From a bacterium (GTDB taxonomy: Bacteria > Patescibacteriota > Saccharimonadia > Saccharimonadales > UBA4665): a DNA stretch of 64,000 bases. The DNA lies in NCBI GenBank assembly GCA_021809645.1, contig JAJZKE010000001.1, positions 47,245 through 111,244 on the forward strand. Reading direction: 5' to 3'. The position numbers and the translations under genes are program-made. The notes beneath the pieces were generated by a model that was not told the DNA's origin, searched no databases, and was given only the letters and a program-made list of their open reading frames with translations. This document shows positions 29,381 to 40,813 of the stretch, in pieces (position 1 is the stretch's first letter; each line of letters opens with the position of its first letter).

Positions 29381-32300
29381 ATGCCTCATAGTAAAAGTCG
29401 AGGTCGACAAAAAAGGCAAGTCTATACGACTAAAACCGGTAACTATATGAGGTTAAACCAATCAATTAGTGACCGTAAAAAAGCCCGAAAAGCTGAATCT
29501 GCCACCGAGAAAGCACTATATTTATCTACTCTACCTAAAAATAGGCTTAAGAGGATATTAGTTAGATGTAGTCCTCAAAGAATTTATCATTTTTGGTTTA
29601 GCCGCCAAGGCGCTCTGATGTCATTAAAGATTATTGGCATTGCTGTCTTTATCGGCTTTTTTTAACGATTGGCTTATTTGCTTATCTGAAAAAAGATCTT
29701 CCTCATTTAAATAGTATTTCTGGCGATAATTTAGGCGGCAGTATTTCTTATTACGATAGTACTGGTAAGGTGCTTTTATTCCAAGACTATAATGGAATTA
29801 AGAGAGTGCCTGTTGCTAGCAACCAAATATCTCCCTACATGAAAGATGCAACAGTTGCTATAGAAGATAAAAATTTCTATAAAGAAGGCGCATTCGATAT
29901 TAGATCAATATTTAGAGCCGGATTACACGATTTAACTGGAGGTAGTCTACAGGGAGCTTCAACGATTACCGAACAGCTGGTTAAGTTAAACGAAGGCTGG
30001 ATTGGTTCAAGAACTATTGCTACTAAGATAAAAGAAGTAATCTTAGCCGTTGAAGTAAATAGAGAATATTCTAAAAGCCAAATTCTAACAGGATACTTAA
30101 ATATTGCTCCTTATGGCAGTGTTGACTATGGTATTCAAGCTGCAGCTGAAGATTATTTTAGAACATCAGCCGCCAACCTTAGTCTTCCTCAAGCAGCGAT
30201 GTTAGCGGCAATTCCTCAATCGCCAGGTATTTATTCACCTTACGGATCAACTAAATGGAATCCAGCAGCTAGCAATACATTTGATGCTAAAACTTTAATT
30301 AATCGACAACATTACATATTGGAACAGATGGTACAACAAGGATATATTAGTCAATCCCAAGCTCAAGCAGCAATGTCTGTAAACGTTTTAAGCCAAGTTC
30401 AACCTGAACAAGGTAAGTATACTAATATTCAGGATCCGTATTTTGTTTTAGCCGCTAAACAGCAACTGATCAACCAATTTGGTCAAAATTTTGTTAATAA
30501 AGGTGGTGTTAAAGTCATAACTACTCTCAATCTTCAACTTCAAAAATATGCTCAACAAGATATAGCTAACAATACTGCAAATGTCGCGCGTGTTGGTGGC
30601 GACGAACAGGCTATGGTCGCTGAAAATGTTAAAACGGGTCAAGTTGTGGCTATGGTTGGCGGAGAAAACTTCAATAACCCAATCGATGGTCAGATAAATT
30701 ATGCGAATGTTAGGATATCTCCCGGTTCGGCATTAAAACCATTTATGTACGCTGCATTGATTCAAAATAATACAAATGTTGGCGCCGGTTCAGTTTTTTA
30801 CGATACGCAGAGTCCAATTCCAGGTTACCCATGTACCGATCACACTAGGCCAACATTAACTAGTAACGGCGGTAATTGTTTATGGGATGATAATTATACT
30901 TATCCAGGTCCAGAAACTATTAGATATGCTTTGGCGGGGTCAAGAAATGTTCCTGCTGTTAAGGCATCACTTGAAGTCGATCCAACTGACAATGGTTCAG
31001 ACGGATACAAACAATCAGTGAGTGATTGGATTAATTTAGCCAATCAAGCTATGGGAACTAAAAATGCCTATGCTTGTTATAAACCGGGTGTAAATGTCGA
31101 AAACGCTAGTGTTACTCAACAGACTCAATGTTATGGTGCTGCAGCATTAGGTGCTGGCGCAGTATCAATTAATCAAATAGTTAACGGTGATGCTACGTTA
31201 GCCAATATGGGACAAGAGTTACCACAAACATATATCCAAAAGATTATTGACGCTTCAGGTAATACAATATATCAATGGCAAAAAACAAAACCTACTCAAG
31301 TATATAAACCTGATACGGCTTACATTATAAATAGTATTTTAGACGATCCAAGAGCTACTTATTTGTTTTCATATCAAAAGTTTCAACATGATAACGGTTG
31401 GTACAACGCAGTCAAAACAGGTACTGAAAATCAGAATTACAATGGTCTTATGACTGCTTGGAATACCCAGTATGCTGTTGTTGGCTTTGCTGGTTATCAT
31501 ACGTTAGATAAACCTCTGATTGAAGGTTTTATGGAGGATATTACCGAGCCTATTACTAGGACATGGATGGAGCAAGCGTTAGCAGCTTTACATACTAAGC
31601 CAATTAATTGGCAACAACCAGCTGGCATCAAAACACTCCCTGGTTTTGTGCAGACGGTTAGTACTGGCTATGGCGCTCAGGTACCCGGGCCTAGTAGTGA
31701 TATCTACCCTGCTTGGTATACGGGTAAGGGTAGTAATACTCGGCCGGTTACCATTGATAAGGTCTCTGGCTATTTAGCAACAAGTTGTACGCCTCAATTA
31801 GCCCGACAAACAATCGGTGGCTCAACAACTAGTTCTTTTTCAGTTGATATATTTTACCCGAGGGTTGTTCCTGATATGTCAGCTTTAGAAAGCGGTAATA
31901 CGACATCTAGTTCTGCGATTACTCAAACTGATAATATTCATAACTGTAACGACAGTCCGCCAGCAATTGGTTCAATTTCAATAAGTAATAGTAATAATAA
32001 TCCAAATAGAATTGGTGCTTGTGATTCTTCTTGTGTAATTACAGTAACAGCTTCTGCTGGCAGCCATCCATTATCTGGCGGTAATTATACAAATGCGCCA
32101 GCAGGAACAATCAGTATCAAACTTAGCGGACAAAGTATCTGTACAATCGTTATACCGCCGGATCAAAGTCAAAATTTCCAAGGTAGTTGTCAATATGATC
32201 CAACAACGTCGGGCAGCGGTTTGTTGACAGCTACCGCTATAGATAGTGTCCTATATTCATCTCAACCGTATACAGCTAACCTGAATTATACTAGCAAGTT

Positions 32301-32517
32301 ATCTGGGTTAACTGTTACACAAAGCGGTTCAAGTTTAAACTTTAATTGGAATGGTGGTGTTGGCCAATATAATATCTATATTTCTGGAACTTCTAACGCT
32401 GTTGGTGGCAATTGTGACCCAACGTCTAGTAATAGCTGCACTGCCCCATTACCAACGTCGACTAGTAGTAGTTATACAGTCGAGGATAGTCTTGGTAATA
32501 CAGCTTCTAGTACATAA
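29381..32517 (+). CDS. Class A penicillin-binding protein with Ser/Thr/Cys-rich C-terminus; frameshifted at T7 run 29657-29663
   Basis: GT motifs EDKNF, GASTITEQ; TP motifs SALK, SRN, KTGT; N-terminal ORF 29381-29665 joins the -1 frame mid-TM helix. Confidence 0.88.
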
Positions 32518-32522
32518 TTTGC

Positions 32523-33515
32523 TTAGTCAGACTTTATGGGTTTTGGGATAGTTGTTATGGCTTGAGTTAATTGTTGTTCGGTTAAGACTACTGAATTTCT
32601 CTTGATAATAATTTGGTTATACTGGTTAATTAAAGTTAAAACGCTATGTGCCAAATTATTATATGAAGAAACAAGGTTATTATATTGCGGTACTAATGAG
32701 TTATAACTATATACTTGATTTTGCGTTCGATAGTTATTTAGAGTATTTTGTAGGTTGTTAATACCCGATTTCAAACTATTTAATTGGTTTTCGTCGCTGT
32801 TTATCGTATTTTTAAGGCTTGTAAGTTGATTATCGTATGACTTGATTTCATTTTCTCTAGAAGTAAACGAATTTTGATAATCACTATAAAAATTAAATAG
32901 AACCTTTCTGTTGTTGAAGTACTGATGATAAAAGGCTGATAAACCTTTCGGTAAGCTTGGGACTTCTGTACCAAATAGTGAGGTCATTTCGTTTAGAACA
33001 TGCCCAGGCTCGGTTTTTTTGAAATTATTAATCTGAGCAATAATAACTTGATTTTTTAAGTCATTCTTTTCGTAGTTTAATAATTCTTTATCTAGTTTAT
33101 TTTTCTGGTATGTATTTAGTCTTTGATAGATGGCGTGTAAAGTCTCGTAGGCTGCAGTTACTTGAACTAAGCCATATAGTTGTTTATTAGTTACGTTTAG
33201 TAGGAATATACCTTTTTGATAAGGATGATAACAACCCAAGACGACTATGGTTTCCGAATTATTTGGACATTCTTTTGCGAATACTGATTTTGAATCAATT
33301 TGAGGATGATTAACATAAAAAACTTTCTTAGTATATGGTGTCATGCCATCTTGAATAACTATAGATGCAATTTCTGATGATGGTTTGTAATTCAACAAAG
33401 AGATGTAATCATCAATATTTTGTTTTTCGCTAATTACAAATATCGCTCCAGTGATAGTGATAATAATTATCGTCAGAGAAATAATAAGTTTTTTTAGACG
33501 TTTTGTATTGTTCAT
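32523..33515 (-). CDS. Membrane-anchored protein with degenerate zincin-like motif (YETLH) and coiled-coil tail
   Basis: N-terminal TM, LGCY..., AAYETLHA, N/Q-rich heptads. Confidence 0.65.
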   Translation of the reverse strand: MNNTKRLKKLIISLTIIIITITGAIFVISEKQNIDDYISLLNYKPSSEIASIVIQDGMTPYTKKVFYVNHPQIDSKSVFAKECPNNSETIVVLGCYHPYQKGIFLLNVTNKQLYGLVQVTAAYETLHAIYQRLNTYQKNKLDKELLNYEKNDLKNQVIIAQINNFKKTEPGHVLNEMTSLFGTEVPSLPKGLSAFYHQYFNNRKVLFNFYSDYQNSFTSRENEIKSYDNQLTSLKNTINSDENQLNSLKSGINNLQNTLNNYRTQNQVYSYNSLVPQYNNLVSSYNNLAHSVLTLINQYNQIIIKRNSVVLTEQQLTQAITTIPKPIKSD

Positions 33516-33532
33516 GTAGCTTATTAGCTACA

Positions 33533-36016
33533 TTATACATTTTCGCCTGTTAAGGCAAAGTCTAGCCGGCCATCTTTGGCCCGTATATTAACAATATTAC
33601 CTCTATCAAGCTTATCTTTAAGTAGTTCTGTTGCTAAATAGTCTTCGATAGTGTTTTCGATAAGTCTTCGAAGAGGTCTGACACCATTTTTTACATCATA
33701 GCCGTTATTAAGAAGATATTGTTTAGCTTGAGATGTAAGCTCTACGCTAACACCATGTTTTACTAAGCGACGTTTTAAATCATCTATTTGGAGATCAATT
33801 ATCTTATATATATCTTTTTTAGTTAAAGCTCTAAAGACGATAATTTTATCAATTCTATTAAGAAGTTCTGGTCGTAATGATTTTTTAAGCTCAGCAGTTA
33901 CTTTATCTTTATTGGCTTCATGTAGTTCATCTAAAGAATCAATTTCTTTTTGATTGTAGGCGTTGAAACCTAAACTAGCTTCTTTTTGAAGCTTATCAGC
34001 ACCGATATTAGATGTCATGATAATAATTGTGTTGGTAAAATCTATACTACGTCCTTTAGCATCCGTTAATTTACCATCTTCCAATATCTGAAGAAGCATA
34101 TTAAATACTTCAGGATGAGCTTTTTCTATCTCATCAAATAAGACTAATGAATATGGTTGTCTTCTAATTTTGTCAGTTAATTGGCCACCATCTTCATAGC
34201 CAACGTAACCTGCTGGCGCTCCTACCAATCGGCTAACATTATGATGCTCGCCGAATTCACTCATATCAATTTTTACTAGCGCTGATTCTGAACCGAAAAA
34301 TTCTTTAGCTAATACTCTGGCCAGTTCGGTCTTGCCAACACCAGTCGGACCTAAGAATATAAACGATCCAATAGGTCTTTTCTCGCTACCAATGCCAGAT
34401 CTATTTCGACGTATAGCCTTAGCTACAGCATCGATCGCTTCTTTCTGGCCAATTAGTTGTTTGCCGATAACTTTTTCTATCTGTAATAAATACTTGGCTT
34501 CGCTTTTAATAACTCGTTTAACTGGTACTCCGCTAACTCTAGATACAACTTCAGCGATATGTTCGGGAGTAATAGCTATCGCCTTACTTTTAGTTACGTC
34601 TGCTTGTCGTTTTGTTAACTCATCAGCTATTTGAGATACTCTCGTTTTGTATTTTGCTGCTTTTTCATATTCTTCATTATCAACAGCCTCGTCGATTCTG
34701 ATGTTTAGTAGTTGAAGCTCTTTTTGTAGTTTACGTATTTCCGGGCTTGTTTTTGAGTTGACTACTCTAATATACGCGGCGGTTTCATCAATTAAGTCGA
34801 TAGCTTTATCAGGCATATGCCGATCAGCGATATATCTTTTTGCTAAATTAACGGCATCTTCAATTACTTCATCACTAATCTTAACATTATGAAAAGATTC
34901 ATAGTGTTTTCTAAGACCTTTTAATATGGCTATTGTTTCACTAACAGTGGTTTCTGGTACTTGAATGGGCTGGAATCGTCTTTCTAGAGCAGCATCTTTC
35001 TCAATATGTTTCGAATATTCGGCCGTAGTTGTTGCGCCAATAATTTGCATCTTACCTCTAGCTAAAGCTGGTTTTAAGATATTTCCAGCGTCCATTGCTC
35101 CTTCAGCAGCACCGGCGCCGACTATTAAGTGAAGTTCATCTATGAAGGCGATGATATTATCATCGTTTTCTAGTTCACTGATGACCTTTTTTAAACGATC
35201 TTCAAATTCTCCACGGTATTTAGTTCCCGCAACCATAGCTGCAAGATCAATTGTTATTATTCTTTTATCTAACAGACTATCTGGCACATCTTCATTAACG
35301 ATTCTATTTGCTAATCCCTCGACAATTGCTGTTTTTCCGACACCTGGTTCGCCAATTAAAACAGGATTGTTTTTATTACGTCGGTTTAATATTGTTATCA
35401 ATCGTTTAATTTGATTGTCTCGACCTACAAGCGGATCAAGTTTCTTTGCTTTTGCCATATCTGTTAAATCGACACCGAATAATTCAACTGCACTATTCTT
35501 ATTACTTTTTGAACGTCGTCTTGTTTCACCAACAATGCTTTCAGCGTATTGTTGACGATTCAAAAAACGACTTACTTCGTTGAGCAATTGATCTACGTCA
35601 ACATTCATATCTTTTAATAAAATTGTTGCTCGTGCATTTTTTTGACTTAATATACTGTATAAAATATGTTCTGTGCCACAATACTCTTGTGAAAACTCTT
35701 GAGCGATATCATAAGCTGTTCTTAGTGTTAGTTTAGCAGTTTCACTGAGTCCTTTAGCGCCAATCTGAATAACTAATGCTTTGGGTGTTAAATTTAATGC
35801 TAGACGGGCTCTATCTAAGGTAACACCAGCGTCGCTTAATATCTTAGACCCCATAGAGCCTGTTTGAGCCAATACGCCTAAAAGCAGATGTTCTGTGCCA
35901 ATATATGCACTGCCAAAGCTTCTAGCAATTAAATCTGCTTGCCTTAAACTTTGTTTCGCATTAGCTGTTAAATGCGATAAAAAATCTTGAAAATCAGGAT
36001 TGCTATCTGGTAACAT
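33533..36016 (-). CDS. clpC: ATP-dependent Clp protease ATPase ClpC
   Basis: Two Clp-N repeats (GTEH), [19 protein letters not shown] linker, LGF loop. Confidence 0.95.
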   Translation of the reverse strand: MLPDSNPDFQDFLSHLTANAKQSLRQADLIARSFGSAYIGTEHLLLGVLAQTGSMGSKILSDAGVTLDRARLALNLTPKALVIQIGAKGLSETAKLTLRTAYDIAQEFSQEYCGTEHILYSILSQKNARATILLKDMNVDVDQLLNEVSRFLNRQQYAESIVGETRRRSKSNKNSAVELFGVDLTDMAKAKKLDPLVGRDNQIKRLITILNRRNKNNPVLIGEPGVGKTAIVEGLANRIVNEDVPDSLLDKRIITIDLAAMVAGTKYRGEFEDRLKKVISELENDDNIIAFIDELHLIVGAGAAEGAMDAGNILKPALARGKMQIIGATTTAEYSKHIEKDAALERRFQPIQVPETTVSETIAILKGLRKHYESFHNVKISDEVIEDAVNLAKRYIADRHMPDKAIDLIDETAAYIRVVNSKTSPEIRKLQKELQLLNIRIDEAVDNEEYEKAAKYKTRVSQIADELTKRQADVTKSKAIAITPEHIAEVVSRVSGVPVKRVIKSEAKYLLQIEKVIGKQLIGQKEAIDAVAKAIRRNRSGIGSEKRPIGSFIFLGPTGVGKTELARVLAKEFFGSESALVKIDMSEFGEHHNVSRLVGAPAGYVGYEDGGQLTDKIRRQPYSLVLFDEIEKAHPEVFNMLLQILEDGKLTDAKGRSIDFTNTIIIMTSNIGADKLQKEASLGFNAYNQKEIDSLDELHEANKDKVTAELKKSLRPELLNRIDKIIVFRALTKKDIYKIIDLQIDDLKRRLVKHGVSVELTSQAKQYLLNNGYDVKNGVRPLRRLIENTIEDYLATELLKDKLDRGNIVNIRAKDGRLDFALTGENV

Positions 36017-36099
36017 TCTACCCCTTATTATATCTTAATTTAGATCAAATAATGCTGAAAAGATAAGATAAAAATGATCTAAGTAACATAATATATTAT

Positions 36100-36126
36100 T
36101 TAGCACTCTAACGTCAAGAGTGCTAA
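36100..36126. promoter_or_regulatory. CIRCE element (HrcA operator) upstream of clpC
   Basis: Perfect TTAGCACTC-N9-GAGTGCTAA; minus-strand TTGACG-18-TATTAT overlaps it. Confidence 0.92.
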
Positions 36127-36127
36127 C

Positions 36128-36370
36128 TTAGTTGTTTTCTTTGGTCATGAATTTAGCTAAAGCAATGCCGCCGATAGCTCCGATAACCGATGATCCGCCA
36201 ACTTCTAGGAAGCTATCTTCAAGACCATGACCATTAAATTGATCGATGAATTGACCGTATTTAATTCCGATCATTAAGCCTAAAACTGCGCCACCAATAG
36301 CAAAAATATGTTGAAGTCTTTTTTTTGATTCCGTTTGATTATGGTTGATTGATGGTTGATTTTTTTCCAT
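36128..36370 (-). CDS. Small two-TM glycine-zipper-like hypothetical protein
   Basis: 80 aa, two Gly-rich hydrophobic segments, starts 3 nt after nusA stop. Confidence 0.65.
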   Translation of the reverse strand: MEKNQPSINHNQTESKKRLQHIFAIGGAVLGLMIGIKYGQFIDQFNGHGLEDSFLEVGGSSVIGAIGGIALAKFMTKENN

Positions 36371-36373
36371 CTC

Positions 36374-37537
36374 TTAAGCATTCTTTTCTTCACCATGCTC
36401 TTCAATTGCTTCTAGCAATGAGCTTTCCAATTCGCTTTTTTTCTTAAGCTTAGTAGTTTTTATTTTTTCAACTTGTTCGACCGGTTCTGTTAGATTGTTT
36501 TTCTCGGCTTCTATATCAAGTTCATAGCCTGTTAATTTCGATGCTAAACGAACATTTTGACCACCTTTACCGATAGCTATACTAAGCTGATCTTCGGGTA
36601 CGATAACTTTTGCTTTCTTGTTTGTCTCTTCGAAGACTACCTGGACTACTTTAGTTGGGCTTAAGGCGTTAATAATATATTCTTTGGGGTCAGTACTCCA
36701 AACAATTATGTCGATTTTTTCTTGTTCGCCAACTTCACTCATAACGGCATTAATTCGGGTACCATGACCGCCAACAAAAGTACCGACTGGATCAACACCT
36801 GGAACATTTGAAGCTACGGCTATTTTAGTTCGTATGCCTGCTTCTCGAGCAATGCCCTTAATTTCGACAGCCTTAGATTCCATTTCAGGAACTTCGCCTC
36901 GAAAAAGCCATTCCATGAATTGTGTGTTGCCACGACTAACAATTAATTGCGGTCCTCTGGCATTTTTTTCAACGTCTTTTAAATATACTTTAATTCTTTG
37001 TCCGGGATAATAGTGTTCGCCTTGTATTTGTTCGCTACGAGGCATTATGCCTTGAGCTTTACCAAGATCAACACGTACAACTGGCCCTTCTACGCGAGCA
37101 ACATTAGCATTAATCAATGAACCTATCTTATCTTCGTATTCCGTTAGGATTATTTCTCTTTCAGCTTCTCTAAGTCGTTGTAAAATAACTTGCTTTGCAG
37201 TTTGAGCAGCAACTCGACCAAAATCTTCAGGTTTTTCGTGAACTTCTACTGTTTCACCGACTTTAATATCTTTATTGTTCTTCAAGGCATCATTAAGACT
37301 AATTTCTAATGCTGGGTTTGAAACTTTTTCGACAACCTCTTTAGTAACATAGACATCAATAATTCCGGTATTTAAGTTGATACTTACTCTTATATCTTGA
37401 TCGCGATCGCCGTAATCTCGTTTATATGCTGCAGCTAATGCTTGTTCGACTACTTCTTGAACTGCAGCTTCTGGCAAATTTTTTTCTTCAGCTATTGCCT
37501 TGATGGCAACGACTAGTTGTTTCATATCTAAATCCAT
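36374..37537 (-). CDS. nusA: Transcription factor NusA
   Basis: FGRVAAQTAKQ, EVPE, AREAG.RTK, AIGKGGQNVRLA. Confidence 0.97.
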   Translation of the reverse strand: MDLDMKQLVVAIKAIAEEKNLPEAAVQEVVEQALAAAYKRDYGDRDQDIRVSINLNTGIIDVYVTKEVVEKVSNPALEISLNDALKNNKDIKVGETVEVHEKPEDFGRVAAQTAKQVILQRLREAEREIILTEYEDKIGSLINANVARVEGPVVRVDLGKAQGIMPRSEQIQGEHYYPGQRIKVYLKDVEKNARGPQLIVSRGNTQFMEWLFRGEVPEMESKAVEIKGIAREAGIRTKIAVASNVPGVDPVGTFVGGHGTRINAVMSEVGEQEKIDIIVWSTDPKEYIINALSPTKVVQVVFEETNKKAKVIVPEDQLSIAIGKGGQNVRLASKLTGYELDIEAEKNNLTEPVEQVEKIKTTKLKKKSELESSLLEAIEEHGEEKNA

Positions 37538-37573
37538 AGTTTTTCCTTTTCAATAATTGGAGGTTTAATAATT

Positions 37574-37603
37574 AAAAAAACCGACCTATTGTCAATCGGT
37601 CGG
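37574..37603 (-). terminator. Intrinsic terminator-like attenuator in nusA leader
   Basis: CCGACC...GGTCGG stem followed by T7 on minus strand, between promoter and nusA ATG. Confidence 0.75.
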
Positions 37604-37617
37604 AAACCTATATTTAT

Positions 37618-37646
37618 AGATTAGCATATATAATAATTTATGTAAA
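37618..37646 (-). promoter_or_regulatory. Putative sigma70 promoter for nusA
   Basis: TTTACA-17 bp-TAATCT with TGn extension. Confidence 0.6.
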
Positions 37647-37682
37647 TTGCCTTTTTATATATTTTAAGGATAAGATAGGTTA

Positions 37683-40250
37683 ATGACAAAAACTGTTCGA
37701 CGACTATATCCAACGTTTCATCCTGAGACATACGATCTGGATTTAACGATTAATCCGAAAAATATGTCGACTATGGGAAGTGTTGTCATTAAGGGTAAAA
37801 AAGTTGGTCGACCAAGTAAAAGAATTACTCTCCATCAAAAAAACTTAAGGATATTAAGTGTTAAAATTTTTGAAATAAGTGCAAATGGCAATAACCCTTT
37901 AAAAGTAAAGAGAATTGTTTATCAGAATAGTTTTAATGAAGTTAGATTTCATTTTGATCATGATTTATATGCCGGTAAATATCAAATTGAAATTAGTTAT
38001 ATCGGTAAAATTAATACTCAACTTCACGGTATTTATAATTCGACGTTTAAAGATGGATCTAGAGAAAAAACAATTATATGTACTCAATTCGAATCACATT
38101 ATGCAAGAGAAGCATTACCTTGTATTGATGAACCGGAAGCTAAGAGTGTCTATAGTTTGACCTTAAGAACTCCCAAAGAATTAACAACATCGATATCTAA
38201 TACCGAGTTGATATCGTCTAAAATACAAGGACAATATATTGTCAATAAATTTGATAAAACCCCGTTAATGAGCAGTTATTTATTGGCTTTTGTCAGTGGA
38301 GATCTTCAATATTTGGAAGGTCATACTAATACAAACGTAAGAGTTAGGACATATGCCACCAATAAAAATGTTAAACATACTCGTTTTGCTTTGGACTGCG
38401 CAATTAAAACTCTTGATTTTTATAATGAATACTTCGACATATCGTATCCACTCAGTAAATGTGATCTGATTGCTTTGCCTGATTTTTCTTCTGGTGCTAT
38501 GGAAAATTGGGGGTGTATTACTTTTCGCGAGCAAGCCTTATTAGTTGATCCAAAAACTACATCGTTAGACTTAAAACAATATGTCGCAAATGTCGTTGCT
38601 CATGAACTAACTCATCAATGGTTTGGCAATTTAGTAACCATGAAATGGTGGAATGATTTATGGCTTAACGAAAGTTTTGCTAGTTGGATGAGCTATCTTG
38701 CTGTCGATCATCTTTTCCCTAAGTGGCATGTATGGACACAGTTTATTGTTGACGAACAAGGCGTTGGCTTAAAACAAGACTCCTTAGAGAATACTCATCC
38801 AATAGAAGTAAAAATACATAGTCCAGAAGAAATACGCAATGTCTTTGATGCTATTAGCTATGAAAAAGGGGCTAGCGTGATTACTATGCTTAATGATTAC
38901 TTAGGTCCTAGTGTTTTTAGAGACGGTATAAGGAAGTATTTAAAGCAACATTCATATTCTAATACTGATACGCTTGATCTTTGGACTGCTTTAGAGGAAG
39001 TATCTGAAAAACCTGTAGCTGAATTCATTAGTCGTTGGACAAAAGAAGAAGGCTATCCCTTAGTAAAAGTACAATATGTAGACAATATTAATGTACACCT
39101 TGACCAACATCGTTTTTATTTAAATCCCTTAGCTAAAAAATTACCGACAATCTGGCCAATCCCATTATTTAGTAGTTTAGATATTGGTAAAAATGATCCT
39201 TTATTTCATCGTTCAATAAATATATCTTTAAAAAAAGATCCAGATAATTTAATTATCAACCAGGGTAGGCATGGCTTTTATCGAACTATCTATGATGACC
39301 AAACAATTAACACGATTTTATCTGGTGATTTAATGCAAAATGTTCCTGATGTTGATCGTCTTGGCCTTATTAGCGATGCATTTGAAGCAGCTAAAGCTGG
39401 TTATTTGCCTACTTTGAGTGTCTTGAAGATGCTCGAGCACTTCTTTAACGAGAGTAGTTTAGTTGTTTGGGAGGTTATCGCAAGTGGTTTGGCTAGTCTT
39501 CGTAGTGTAATGGATGATAAACAATTAAGGGAAGATATGAAGCCTTTTACACGTAAATTAATTAGTCAAGAATTATTGCGTTTAGGATTATCGGCTAAAA
39601 AAGATGATAATCATTTTGATAAGTTACTGCGGCCGATTATTTTAGGTATGGCAGCGGTAGCAGATGAACCTTTGGTATTAAAAGAAATAAATAAATTATT
39701 TAGTAATAAACTAGCTGTTATTGATCCAGACATTCGTGGTGTCGTTTATACGACTATTGCTAGACATGGTGGAGTAAAAGAATACAATGCTTTGCTAAAG
39801 TTACATAATAACAGTATATCGCCAGAAGAACGACTTAAATTAGCGGCCGCTTTAACTAATTTTAAACAATCTCAATTAATTAATAAGTCACTTAAATTAA
39901 TTACTTCGAAAGATGTTCGCGTACAGGACGCGGCCTATTGGATTAGCTATTCTTTTAGCAATACTTATTCTAGAGAAATGACATGGCAATGGTTAAAAGA
40001 TAACTGGCAATGGATCGAGCAAAATATGGGAGAGGACATCAGTTTTTATCGTATGCCATTATATGCCGCAAATTATTTTAGCTCATCAGACTTTTTAAAG
40101 GTTTTTAAACAGTTTTTTAGTCATCGACTATCATCTGCTTTTAATCGGCCTTTAAAACAAGCTATTGAAACAATCGAATGGCGAATAGAGTGGCGGAAAC
40201 GCGATCTAGTTGATGTTAAAAGTTTTTTCTCTAAGTGGCCTAAAGGTTAA
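37683..40250 (+). CDS. pepN: M1 family aminopeptidase with ERAP1-like C-terminus
   Basis: GAMEN, HELTH-x18-E, YEKGAS. Confidence 0.93.
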   Translation: MTKTVRRLYPTFHPETYDLDLTINPKNMSTMGSVVIKGKKVGRPSKRITLHQKNLRILSVKIFEISANGNNPLKVKRIVYQNSFNEVRFHFDHDLYAGKYQIEISYIGKINTQLHGIYNSTFKDGSREKTIICTQFESHYAREALPCIDEPEAKSVYSLTLRTPKELTTSISNTELISSKIQGQYIVNKFDKTPLMSSYLLAFVSGDLQYLEGHTNTNVRVRTYATNKNVKHTRFALDCAIKTLDFYNEYFDISYPLSKCDLIALPDFSSGAMENWGCITFREQALLVDPKTTSLDLKQYVANVVAHELTHQWFGNLVTMKWWNDLWLNESFASWMSYLAVDHLFPKWHVWTQFIVDEQGVGLKQDSLENTHPIEVKIHSPEEIRNVFDAISYEKGASVITMLNDYLGPSVFRDGIRKYLKQHSYSNTDTLDLWTALEEVSEKPVAEFISRWTKEEGYPLVKVQYVDNINVHLDQHRFYLNPLAKKLPTIWPIPLFSSLDIGKNDPLFHRSINISLKKDPDNLIINQGRHGFYRTIYDDQTINTILSGDLMQNVPDVDRLGLISDAFEAAKAGYLPTLSVLKMLEHFFNESSLVVWEVIASGLASLRSVMDDKQLREDMKPFTRKLISQELLRLGLSAKKDDNHFDKLLRPIILGMAAVADEPLVLKEINKLFSNKLAVIDPDIRGVVYTTIARHGGVKEYNALLKLHNNSISPEERLKLAAALTNFKQSQLINKSLKLITSKDVRVQDAAYWISYSFSNTYSREMTWQWLKDNWQWIEQNMGEDISFYRMPLYAANYFSSSDFLKVFKQFFSHRLSSAFNRPLKQAIETIEWRIEWRKRDLVDVKSFFSKWPKG

Positions 40251-40769
40251 TCGGTGAATGGCACAAGGACCGCATTTAACTAGAGCTTTACGATGTTTAC
40301 TGGTCCCATAGCCAACATGTTCGTTAAATCCGTATGATGGAAAAAATTGGCTAATATAGTGCATATAATTATCTCTAGCAACCTTAGCTAATATGCTCGC
40401 TGCACTGACTGATGGGATAATCGTATCTGCCTTTATTAAAGTTCTAGCTTTTTGGTTATCTTTTAGATAATTGACATTGCCGTCAATAATAATTTCATCA
40501 ATTTGTTGATCTATTTGCATTAAAGCTCTTTTGATTGCTAAAGTAGTTGCTTTAGTTAGTCCCAAAAGGTCAATTTCATGAGGCCACACCCAACCAAGGC
40601 TAGTAATCTTTGCCTGTAAATATATTTCTTTAGACAATTCTTGGCGTTTTATTATTGATAACTTTTTAGAATCTTTAAGACCTAATATTGGTTTATTTAA
40701 ACTGACTGCACCAATAACCAAAGGACCTGCCCAACAGCCGCGGCCAACTTCGTCTATACCAATAATCAT
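40206..40769 (-). CDS. rnhB: Ribonuclease HII
   Basis: GIDEVGRG, DSKKL, DGN, AASILAKV.RD. Confidence 0.96.
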   Translation of the reverse strand: MIIGIDEVGRGCWAGPLVIGAVSLNKPILGLKDSKKLSIIKRQELSKEIYLQAKITSLGWVWPHEIDLLGLTKATTLAIKRALMQIDQQIDEIIIDGNVNYLKDNQKARTLIKADTIIPSVSAASILAKVARDNYMHYISQFFPSYGFNEHVGYGTSKHRKALVKCGPCAIHRLTFRPLREKTFNIN

Positions 40770-40813
40770 ATTTATATTTTACTTATTTTAACTAATTTAT
40801 CTAAAGCTTTAGG

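Noticed and set aside
40206..40250. 45-bp convergent overlap of pepN and rnhB
   Set aside because: Ordinary for a compact genome; both proteins look complete
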